The notes beneath the pieces were generated by a model. It made no database searches. It was not told the origin of the DNA and worked only from the letters and a program-made list of their open reading frames with translations. A stretch of DNA of 64,000 bases from the IMG/VR virus record IMGVR_UViG_3300047319_000185, positions 1-64,000 of that record; one strand, written 5' to 3'. This stretch comes from a virus. Every line of letters starts with the position of its first letter. Position 1 is the first letter of the stretch. Below, in pieces: positions 45,756 to 54,042 of this stretch. Position numbers and translations under genes: made by a program.

Positions 45756-47669
45756 TTACGTGTGATCAACGATCAGCCACGCAACGGTTGATGTATCCGC
45801 CGCATTACTGGAGTGGATAACGAAAGATGTACCTGCTGTAATAGTACCAATATTTAGGAATCCGGCGGTTCCACCGGTTATTTGTGGTGTCAGATAGATA
45901 CGACTATTAGCAGTTACAGCAGTAGTAGCTACAGTAACAGTTCCTGCAACAAGAACAGAAGTTCCCATCTTGGCATTCGTACCTTCTGCAATCTTTACAC
46001 CGCGACCAGCAGTAACAATAGCTAGGTCAGTTGTTGTTAGACCAAGTTGATTAGCCGCAGTTCTTCCAACAGTTACATCTCTAGCGGCAGCACCAGAGCC
46101 TACCGTGAATGAGCCATCTCCAAGTAAGCGAAATCTATCAAAAGCATCTGCACTATTTACATTGGAGGACAAGATAGTATTACCACTTGCGGAAGGCTGT
46201 GCAGCAATATTTCCCTTAGCAGAAGCTGCTGTACCTGTATTACCCAAAGTTACACTGGTAACAAAGTTGAAATTACCAGCACTAGTTTCCAATACAGCAG
46301 AAGGTGTTGCAGTAAACCAGTTAGCAGATGTTGATCCGGTACCTTGGAAAGAGGCATTGATAAAACGAACAGCTTGTGCAGCAGATATATTTACAGTCTG
46401 CTGCACTCCAGGAGTACCTATGGTAACTATTGGGGAGGCGAATCTGCAATCATCAACGTAGCCTGTTGAGGTTCCTGACCAGTTAATATCATAATTACTG
46501 CCAGTGGCTCCTTGACCACTAGTAGAAAAGAACAAGTCATTAAGATGAACAGGTGCCCCAGTACCCTCAACGGAAATACCATGAGTCTGATTATTAATGA
46601 AGCGTAGAGTACTAAGATGAATATTTACCGCAGCACCCGTAATACGCACACCTATAAGACCTTGCTGAATAACTCCACCGTCTATCTGAACATTCTGTGG
46701 AGACCCATTAGCGCTGTCTTCAATAAGAACATTATTACCTGTGTTTGGGCCTAGTGCATCCAAATTCTTTATAAAGGATGCTGCACAGTTCCCCTTTATA
46801 TGAAGACCCACACCTGTACCCAGAGATGTCCATAGGAATAGATTAGTAGCAAGAATATCCCAAGCATCTTCAATTCTAAGACCATCTAGATTAGCTGAGG
46901 CTCCTGTGGTAACTCCTCCGGAGATGTACTGAATATTGGATACGAAGGAATTTACAGCAAAACCAGAAGCAGTGTTTCCTAGGAATCTGATGCCACCAGC
47001 AGAAGATCGGATAATAACATCCGTTATCATAGTCGCATCAGGATTATTACTTGAACTACCTCCGGCTGTTACTTCAATCGCCCATCCGTTGATGAACCAG
47101 AATACGCAACGAGTAATTTTGGAACGACGTACAGCCGTTACTTCTACAGCATTAGCAATAGGATTACTAGTAGTAGTTGCATTATTTCCCTGAATAGTCA
47201 GGTCCACAACTTCACAAGTACTAGCAGTTATCTGAATAGCATAAGCTCCAGTAAAGCTGGAACCAATAGTAAGCTTAGCATTCTCTGCCCCAGAACCTCT
47301 AAGAACTGTTCCCACATTTGGGACAGTTAACTGAGAACTGTTAAGTAGGTAATTACCTGGTGGAAAGAATACTGTTCCACCATTAACAGCAGCGTTTATT
47401 GCTGCCTGAATAGCGGCAGTATCATCAACTACGCCGTTTCCTACTGCGAGATAATCCTTAACATTATATTGGTTTACTCCTGCTGCCGCCCCAGCACTTA
47501 TACCTAAATGGGATACCGCTAAAGGAACATTGGTTAGGTCACTTAAGTTATTCGCGCGCTGTAGCGCCCCAGCTATTGTGGAAGTATTGTTATTATCCAA
47601 CTGAGTTAACGCAGCATTGAGAGAGATATCCCAATTCAAAGAACCCTTAACGGGTAGTACTACTGCCAT
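45756..47669 (-). CDS. pectate-lyase-3-like beta-helix appendage / depolymerase
   Basis: NVKDY.A.GNG..DDT.AIQAAI..VFFP.G.Y followed by beta-helix repeats. Confidence 0.85.
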   Translation of the reverse strand: MAVVLPVKGSLNWDISLNAALTQLDNNNTSTIAGALQRANNLSDLTNVPLAVSHLGISAGAAAGVNQYNVKDYLAVGNGVVDDTAAIQAAINAAVNGGTVFFPPGNYLLNSSQLTVPNVGTVLRGSGAENAKLTIGSSFTGAYAIQITASTCEVVDLTIQGNNATTTSNPIANAVEVTAVRRSKITRCVFWFINGWAIEVTAGGSSSNNPDATMITDVIIRSSAGGIRFLGNTASGFAVNSFVSNIQYISGGVTTGASANLDGLRIEDAWDILATNLFLWTSLGTGVGLHIKGNCAASFIKNLDALGPNTGNNVLIEDSANGSPQNVQIDGGVIQQGLIGVRITGAAVNIHLSTLRFINNQTHGISVEGTGAPVHLNDLFFSTSGQGATGSNYDINWSGTSTGYVDDCRFASPIVTIGTPGVQQTVNISAAQAVRFINASFQGTGSTSANWFTATPSAVLETSAGNFNFVTSVTLGNTGTAASAKGNIAAQPSASGNTILSSNVNSADAFDRFRLLGDGSFTVGSGAAARDVTVGRTAANQLGLTTTDLAIVTAGRGVKIAEGTNAKMGTSVLVAGTVTVATTAVTANSRIYLTPQITGGTAGFLNIGTITAGTSFVIHSSNAADTSTVAWLIVDHT

Positions 47670-47680
47670 GGAAACTCCTA

Positions 47681-48301
47681 CTACTCGACTGGGGGAAGAA
47701 CTGAAATAGTATTTATAACGGTGTGTACCTGTAGATACTTATTTACCTCTATAGGTAGTAGCTCTGTGGAAACTCTAACAGAATAGATGGAGTGGAATAC
47801 TCTCTTATCATCAGTATCATGAGTGCTCTGTCTCTCTGGGCCGGACATAAGATCCATTCGGCGTACTGTGCCATCCTCAGGTATTGCTAGATAGCCATGT
47901 CTTACGCTAAGGAAATCAGGTCCAGATAGTACAGCAGAAAGAAAAGTAGAGTGCTTGTTAGTTCTGGAAAGTACTTCTATTTGGTAATCAATATTATACG
48001 GTATAGGAGTAAAAGCCCAGTATGGACTATTAGTGACGTCTAGGTTAGAGTCATTTATCCACTGCTCAAAACCTTCTGGAGTGTACGGCAACTGTGACCA
48101 ACCAGAGGAAGCACGCTCTGCATCATATGACAAGCCAACATTGCAGATGATGATAGAAGGGTAGGTAAGGTCTACTAGTTCCGTATCATTGTCCAGCCAG
48201 GTAACCTGTACTGGTCTTCCTGTATCAGGAGCATTGACGTCCTGTACAACCATTCCGGAGAATTTTTCCATCATGGCTCTATCTTCATTGAAGATAAACA
48301 T
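47681..48301 (-). CDS. tail terminator / completion protein
   Basis: YPSI.I, P.PYNIDYQI motifs; position. Confidence 0.65.
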   Translation of the reverse strand: MFIFNEDRAMMEKFSGMVVQDVNAPDTGRPVQVTWLDNDTELVDLTYPSIIICNVGLSYDAERASSGWSQLPYTPEGFEQWINDSNLDVTNSPYWAFTPIPYNIDYQIEVLSRTNKHSTFLSAVLSGPDFLSVRHGYLAIPEDGTVRRMDLMSGPERQSTHDTDDKRVFHSIYSVRVSTELLPIEVNKYLQVHTVINTISVLPPVE

Positions 48302-48313
48302 ATAACTCCTTAC

Positions 48314-49021
48314 TTACTGGTTGGCTGGATTAGGATTTAATGATGGAATAATCTGTCTTAGCTGCTTGCTCATTCCATTTGACGGCTCAGGAACCTTGTA
48401 GTTAAGTGGATAAGCACTACCATGACCACTGTTGTATGGATCATAGGAAGCATTGTTTAGATTCCACTGCTGTTCAAACGCTGCACCAGATCTGACATCT
48501 GTTGGAACAGCATACTGTGCGAACTGTATATCATTTACTAGCTCATCCGGCTTAACCTGTGTGGCATCAATAGCCACGATAATGTCTCGCTGTTGAATCT
48601 GGCCGAGAACCTGCACAGTGGTTACACGGAATACCTTTGTGTCATAGACGAATCTGTCCTTAAGGTAGTTAGCAGTATTGATATCCATCTTATTCAGACC
48701 CAGCTTCTTCAACTGGTCAAAGGATAATGTGACATGCGCTCTGTCGTTGTAGTAGAAACCGTCTTCAGAATTATCGTTGTCTCCCTCAATATGGATAACA
48801 TGGAGAGCTGGAACATTCATAGGACCAAAATAGATTCTACCCAAAGGAGAATCTGCTTCACCATAGACAGGATCAACACTGGACTGGTCGTAAGCAAATC
48901 TGAAATAGGCTACAGTATCTCCTGTCCATCTCTGCCAATCACGAAGACCTCCATAGATAGAGGCAGTTTCAAAGTCGACAGAAAAGCGGCCACCCTTCCA
49001 GCCTGCTCGGTCAATCGCCAT
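48314..49021 (-). CDS. head closure (stopper) protein
   Basis: DPVYGE, D.F.YD.KVF.V; position. Confidence 0.6.
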   Translation of the reverse strand: MAIDRAGWKGGRFSVDFETASIYGGLRDWQRWTGDTVAYFRFAYDQSSVDPVYGEADSPLGRIYFGPMNVPALHVIHIEGDNDNSEDGFYYNDRAHVTLSFDQLKKLGLNKMDINTANYLKDRFVYDTKVFRVTTVQVLGQIQQRDIIVAIDATQVKPDELVNDIQFAQYAVPTDVRSGAAFEQQWNLNNASYDPYNSGHGSAYPLNYKVPEPSNGMSKQLRQIIPSLNPNPANQ

Positions 49022-49054
49022 ACTAGCTCTCTTTCCATGGAGGTCTTCATTGGA

Positions 49055-49879
49055 CTACAATCCCCATAGGCCACCGAAGATAGGTGAACTTAGGTTGCTC
49101 TCGTCTTCTTCTCTTGCATCGATAGGAGGCAACTGACGACGTGGCAATTCGTAATCGTCGTACTCTCTGTCCTCAAAGATAGGTACCAAACGATTGGTAG
49201 TTCTGGAAACTCTACGAATCTTGGACATCTCTATTGCGTTTAGTCCTACGTTAAGCATAGCGCAAAGCTGGTTGTACCTTGCAGTCATACCATCGATCTG
49301 TTCACGGATCTGCTGGTATCTCTGACTACGCGGAACAGTAGTTCCATCAGCGGAAGAGATATCGATATCGGTAGAAGCATCAGTAGCAAGTGCCCAAAGA
49401 GCATCAATGGATGCGCGGATAGCTACTAGAGTTCCTTCAATCTCTGGGAGATTGGATAGATCCATTGGTACTCTGACGTACTTAAGGAATCCATTTGAAT
49501 CCTTGTAGCGTGTCTTGGTTGTTCTACCATTGACGTGCTGAAGAGTCGCATCATTTATAAAATCTGTAAGCTCAGTATCGGAAAACATTCCACCAGCAAA
49601 TCCTGATACTACAAGAGTATCTCCTTGAGGAAGTGGTGCTGAAGCTCCCTGTAGGAAGATGCGGCCTTCCTGACTATTGAAACTGTAGTCAGTATTGGCT
49701 ACTAGAAGGATAGGTGCTTGATTATGAATCCATGTTACTGTCACGTTCCATACATTGAAATCTGTAAGATCATAGGTGGACACCATTCCCGTACCTAAGA
49801 AGGTATCTGAGAATGGTGCCCCTGTGTCCCCCAGCTCAGTGCGGACTCTACTGATAATGTCCTGAGTAGTGAAGCCCAT
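49055..49879 (-). CDS. head-to-tail adaptor
   Basis: VR.ELGD..FSD.EL..F adaptor signature. Confidence 0.7.
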   Translation of the reverse strand: MGFTTQDIISRVRTELGDTGAPFSDTFLGTGMVSTYDLTDFNVWNVTVTWIHNQAPILLVANTDYSFNSQEGRIFLQGASAPLPQGDTLVVSGFAGGMFSDTELTDFINDATLQHVNGRTTKTRYKDSNGFLKYVRVPMDLSNLPEIEGTLVAIRASIDALWALATDASTDIDISSADGTTVPRSQRYQQIREQIDGMTARYNQLCAMLNVGLNAIEMSKIRRVSRTTNRLVPIFEDREYDDYELPRRQLPPIDAREEDESNLSSPIFGGLWGL

Positions 49880-49892
49880 AGCTGGAACCTAC

Positions 49893-50345
49893 TTACTGTT
49901 GTGTGAGTGTGATATTAGCTATTGGAATAGTAATAGATTGATTCTGTGGAGCCAGCACTGGTATATCCCACTGCCAAGTAGCAATAACTTCCCCAGAAGT
50001 TCCGGATACAACATTGACCAGTGCCCCAAATGTTGTAGTAGTTCCAGAGCCAGCAGCTCCTGTAAAGGGTCCGAATGTCAGAAGATTAGAATTCTGAATC
50101 TGACTGGTTCCATTATTAGGTGTAGATGCTGCTGTAAATGTAGCGACCTGTCGTGCATAACCTGTAGCCGCAAGTTCAGTAAGTTCTGATAGCTGCGGAT
50201 TAGTTGGAACTGCTGAAGTAGTCGTAGGATCTGCGGTCAGTAGCATAACGTATGCAGTTGTCGGAGGAGTCCAACCACCTAGTGAAGTACCTGTAATCCA
50301 GTCCAGCATGGCACGGTCTGTTGTGTCGGTGAAATTACCTGACAT
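49893..50345 (-). CDS. minor virion protein
   Basis: Y..L.TADP..E...GYARQ..F..N..TF pattern. Confidence 0.65.
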   Translation of the reverse strand: MSGNFTDTTDRAMLDWITGTSLGGWTPPTTAYVMLLTADPTTTSAVPTNPQLSELTELAATGYARQVATFTAASTPNNGTSQIQNSNLLTFGPFTGAAGSGTTTTFGALVNVVSGTSGEVIATWQWDIPVLAPQNQSITIPIANITLTQQ

Positions 50346-50380
50346 ATTGACTTCCTATTTTGTCGAGACAAAAGCTTGTC

Positions 50381-50761
50381 TTAGCGGTAGCCACCGGTCC
50401 ATAGGAGGCCCTTACTGTCTAGGTGTCTCGCCAAATCCAGCGGCACCGTATACTTGCGGCCCTCTTCAAAGTTATAGTGCTGTCCGGCACCAAAGGTTAC
50501 AGACTCAAGAGTAGTATTCGGGATGATCGTACGAGTCGGGGTTTCCAGCTCAATCTCTTCATCTCTTTGGTAAAGCTCATCCTCTACTACACGGGTAAGG
50601 GGACCATCTGAATAATCAATAGGAACTGCGTTCTCCTCGGCTTCAACCTCAGCCATCATAGAAATTTCCTGTGATCTCTTCTTGAGTTCAGCCTGGTTTT
50701 CCTTCTGAAGACGCTCAGTCTCAATACCTGTCAAGTCTCCTGCACGCTTACGTGGTGGCAT
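50381..50761 (-). CDS. hypothetical head-associated protein
   Basis: GGAG RBS then MPPRKRAG; F..G.KY.VP..LA.HL..KG. Confidence 0.7.
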   Translation of the reverse strand: MPPRKRAGDLTGIETERLQKENQAELKKRSQEISMMAEVEAEENAVPIDYSDGPLTRVVEDELYQRDEEIELETPTRTIIPNTTLESVTFGAGQHYNFEEGRKYTVPLDLARHLDSKGLLWTGGYR

Positions 50762-50815
50762 TCTATTCTCCAATTTAGTTTCTCAGTTAGTAGGATCTCT
50801 GATCCGTTATCTATA

Positions 50816-50895
50816 TTGTAACGCTTTTGATATGGGGTTTAGGGTTGGTACAGCTTTTGAGGACACTAGACACACTATGGGGACTGTGCTATGAT
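50816..50895 (+). promoter_or_regulatory. two candidate plus-strand promoters for the EndoVII cassette
   Basis: TTGTAA-N18-TAGGGT (50816-50845) and TAGACA-N17-TATGAT (50867-50895). Confidence 0.45.
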
Positions 50896-50929
50896 GATCT
50901 TATCATCCACTTCAACGAAAGGCTTTACT

Positions 50930-51229
50930 GTGAAGAACATTCTGCACTTCGACCTTAACGAGACTAAGTCTGCCAAGATTCTAGCAAACCAGGAAAACAT
51001 CTGCCTAGTCTGCCAGCTACCTTTTGGCAAGGAGCACCCTAAGTATGACGTGTTTGCTCCTGCTGATGAGAACCACGGTTTTGAACCCTGCATGACTCAG
51101 GTCACTCTAAACTCTCCCTTGGGTATGCACTTTATCCATATAGATTGTGATCTGGGAATGTACCTATTCGACTATAGTGCTGAGCTTATGCAGAGGGCCT
51201 ATGCTTATGTCACTAAGGAGAATAATTAG
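50930..51229 (+). CDS. degenerate Endonuclease VII-like protein (catalytic residues absent)
   Basis: FDLN....KIL.NQ.NICLVC...FIHIDCDLGM.LF..S.ELM.RA..YV aligns by eye with EndoVII but lacks DH and Asn; GAAAGG RBS plus GTG. Confidence 0.6.
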   Translation: MKNILHFDLNETKSAKILANQENICLVCQLPFGKEHPKYDVFAPADENHGFEPCMTQVTLNSPLGMHFIHIDCDLGMYLFDYSAELMQRAYAYVTKENN

Positions 51230-51233
51230 GCTA

Positions 51234-52007
51234 ATGGCTACCATTGAATGTTCAGTCGATGAGTGTATGACTAAGGTGCACTCAAAGGGTCTGTGTCAGA
51301 AGCACTATCGCAGGTTTAACCGGAATGGTAATACTGATCTCCAGGGTACTCCTGAGATTAGCTGGGAGCTGATTCGTGCTAAGAGTGTTCAGTATAACGA
51401 TTGTATTATCTGGCAGGGTTCTACTGATAAGGACGGATATCCTCGGGCTTACTCCCCTGCCCTTTATAAGGCAGGAAGCACCAATCCACTAATATATATT
51501 CGACGCTGGATTATGGAACAGCTAGGGGAGGATATAAAGTCTAATATTATAGAGAGTTCCTGCGGAGATAAGCTCTGTCTATCAAAGAAGCACCTTCAGA
51601 AGTCTACAGTTTCTGAAGGTCTATGGACTGCCGCAGGAATAAACTCTCGTAAAGAGTTCTGTCCTAGCGGCCACCCTATAGATTCAGAAACTAAGGACGG
51701 TAAGCGATACTGCCGAATTTGCACTAAGGGATATCAGCTTAAGTATCTTTACGGAATTAATCTTGATGAGTATAACCAAATGCTTGTTGATCAGGATAAT
51801 AAGTGTGTTGGTTGCGAGAAAACCTTTGGTCGTATTCCTGGGCCCTGGGGAGATCGTACAGAAGCATTTGTGGACCATTGTCATTACTCAGGGCTAGTTA
51901 GAGCGCTTCTCTGTATGAAGTGTAATAGTATCCTAGGATTCGCTAAGGATAGTATAGCTACCCTTAAAAATCTTATTAAGCTATTAGAAGCTAATACTGT
52001 AGATTAA
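51234..52007 (+). CDS. Endonuclease VII-family homing endonuclease with degenerate HNH and zinc fingers
   Basis: CSVDEC..GLCQKHY; CIIWQG..GY; CPSGH..RYCRIC; YGI..EY..Q.NKCVGC..VDHCH..VRALLCMKCN. Confidence 0.88.
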   Translation: MATIECSVDECMTKVHSKGLCQKHYRRFNRNGNTDLQGTPEISWELIRAKSVQYNDCIIWQGSTDKDGYPRAYSPALYKAGSTNPLIYIRRWIMEQLGEDIKSNIIESSCGDKLCLSKKHLQKSTVSEGLWTAAGINSRKEFCPSGHPIDSETKDGKRYCRICTKGYQLKYLYGINLDEYNQMLVDQDNKCVGCEKTFGRIPGPWGDRTEAFVDHCHYSGLVRALLCMKCNSILGFAKDSIATLKNLIKLLEANTVD

Positions 52008-52009
52008 AT

Positions 52010-52050
52010 AATACCCTTCCTTTCTATAAACTCTAGAAAGGAAGGGTATT
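52010..52050. terminator. bidirectional terminator between major capsid gene and EndoVII gene
   Basis: Perfect 17-bp stem AATACCCTTCCTTTCTA/TAGAAAGGAAGGGTATT. Confidence 0.85.
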
Positions 52051-52071
52051 TCTTTATGCTAAACTATGGTA

Positions 52072-53103
52072 TTAGTTAGTTGATGCAATTACTACGGAAA
52101 TGTCTGTGATTAATCCCAATCCCCATATAGCATACCAAGCAAGTGCGTGCTCTCTTCCAAAATCTAGGATACCGCCATCGCGCAATTCAACAGGTAGAGA
52201 AATAGCGTGTCCGAATGCATTGTCTCCAATGAAGATGGAATCATAACGGTTAGTTGCACCATTACCAGTTGTTACACCATTAGTTGTGGTATCAGTTGTC
52301 CAACCTGCTCCAGCTCCACCTACAACATTACGAACCTGAGTAGTCTCGATAAACACTACGTCGTTGAGTCTACCTATCTCACCTAACATGAAATTACCTG
52401 GGGCAGCATACTTAGTCATTTCAATAAACTGTGGGTCATTTCTTAGCCAACGTGACTGGTGTGGGTGTACGAAACATACATATGTCTCACCAAGTCTTGG
52501 AACATTCTTTGTAGCCAAAGTTTCTACAGCGTCGAATACAACCTGGGAAGTAAGGTTGAAGTCACCAGTCATAGATACATTGGATGTTCCAGGAGTTCCT
52601 ACATTGTAGAATACCTGGTTGTTGATTGCGCCAGAATCCTTCTGGTATCCGAATAGCTGAGAGGATGCCTGTAGAAGAGTGTTTCTTGCGGAGATGTCTA
52701 GGTAGGTAGCCATGTTACGACCTAGTAGACGAGAAGCAGAAGCCATAACATCATCGAAGGATGCGTTAAGTAGAAGCTCGGAAACAGCAACAGCGAATCC
52801 CTGTTCTGCAACAGTAATAGAGAACTGAGAAGCTGTTAGTGGAGCAGTCTGCATACGAATACCTTCAACAAGCTGGGAAGCCTGTCCAAGGTTGTTGTAT
52901 CTCATGAAATTAATTGTAAGACCAGGTGTAACACCTAGCTCTGTCTTCTTTACTGCGAATTGCTCGAAACGCAGAATAGGCATTGCCTGGAATAGAATTT
53001 CTTTTGACCAGATGGTCTGAATTGCTGGGGAAAGAGCAGAGCTACTTCCATAGGAGGTTGGGGCTCCGGAAATATTCGGTGTGCCCGTAATTGCTGAGGC
53101 CAT
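52072..53103 (-). CDS. major capsid protein (N4 gp56-like family)
   Basis: G.TI.F.RY..L.EG, FVHP.Q..LR.D, GEIG..DV.FIET, DFGR..AW; follows scaffold. Confidence 0.93.
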   Translation of the reverse strand: MASAITGTPNISGAPTSYGSSSALSPAIQTIWSKEILFQAMPILRFEQFAVKKTELGVTPGLTINFMRYNNLGQASQLVEGIRMQTAPLTASQFSITVAEQGFAVAVSELLLNASFDDVMASASRLLGRNMATYLDISARNTLLQASSQLFGYQKDSGAINNQVFYNVGTPGTSNVSMTGDFNLTSQVVFDAVETLATKNVPRLGETYVCFVHPHQSRWLRNDPQFIEMTKYAAPGNFMLGEIGRLNDVVFIETTQVRNVVGGAGAGWTTDTTTNGVTTGNGATNRYDSIFIGDNAFGHAISLPVELRDGGILDFGREHALAWYAIWGLGLITDISVVIASTN

Positions 53104-53160
53104 ATTTAGTCCTTATCGATTATATGGGTTCGGGCACTAGCCGTACCCAGTGTATTTAAC

Positions 53161-53973
53161 TTATCCAAAGAGGCCACGGTTAAGAGATGCATCCTTACCG
53201 GCCAGTCCAGATTCTTGACGGAACTTTGCATACTCAGCCATAGACATGTTGTTTATATCCTGTGGTGTGTACGTCTTTGATCCCATAGATCCTTCAATTG
53301 GACCTAGTGGAGGATAACCTGTAGTAGATACACCTCTTGGTTGTGCTACCTGCTGTTGTCTTGCCGCAGCCACTTCATCAACAATGGACTGAGTAGCAGC
53401 CTTTGCTTGTGCTATAGCGTTGTCAATCTGTTCCTTAGTCTCACCGGTAATGAAGTTATGGAACTGCGGAGCAATGTCTTCAGCATTTGCAGTAATAGCA
53501 GATGTTCTATAGTCTACAAGTTCATTATATGCTCTTTCCTTGGCAAGAAGTGCACGCTCATTGTCACGCTCTTGTTGGAGTGTGCTAAAGCGATTCTCCC
53601 AAGTATCATTAGTCTCCTTCAGCTTGGCTTCAAGAAGCTGCTTTGCAGACATCTCTTCTTCCTTCTTAGCCTGAAGTGCTGAGTCCTTTTCCTGCTGCTT
53701 ACGCGCGACTTCTGCAAGTTCCTGCGCTCTCTGCTCCTCAATGGTCTTAAGGGACTTCTGAGCTTCTGCCCACTGGTCCTTCAAAGACTTGATATCAGAG
53801 TAGAGCTTGTCCTTCTCTTCCTGTCTTACTCTTGCTAGGTCTGCTTCAGTGAATGTACGTTCACCTGTAGCTCCGTGTGCAAAAGAAGATGGGGAAGGGT
53901 TTGGACTCTGCGCACCATTATCGCTTGGAGACTCAATTGTTGCCGCCAAACCTGGCTGTACTGGAACTGTCAT
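53161..53973 (-). CDS. capsid scaffolding protein
   Basis: TFTE.DL..R..EK, long coiled coil, MS..EY.K.R tail. Confidence 0.85.
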   Translation of the reverse strand: MTVPVQPGLAATIESPSDNGAQSPNPSPSSFAHGATGERTFTEADLARVRQEEKDKLYSDIKSLKDQWAEAQKSLKTIEEQRAQELAEVARKQQEKDSALQAKKEEEMSAKQLLEAKLKETNDTWENRFSTLQQERDNERALLAKERAYNELVDYRTSAITANAEDIAPQFHNFITGETKEQIDNAIAQAKAATQSIVDEVAAARQQQVAQPRGVSTTGYPPLGPIEGSMGSKTYTPQDINNMSMAEYAKFRQESGLAGKDASLNRGLFG

Positions 53974-54042
53974 TTTTCTATCTCCTGAGTTTTAACTAGC
54001 CGTTTTCCGAATATGTCCCGAATTAATGTACTTAACGTTATT

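Noticed and set aside
503-49069. The many other plus-strand ORFs in the track
   Set aside because: All overlap minus-strand genes and lack RBS or recognisable motifs; only 50930, 51234 and 62070 are supported on the plus strand.
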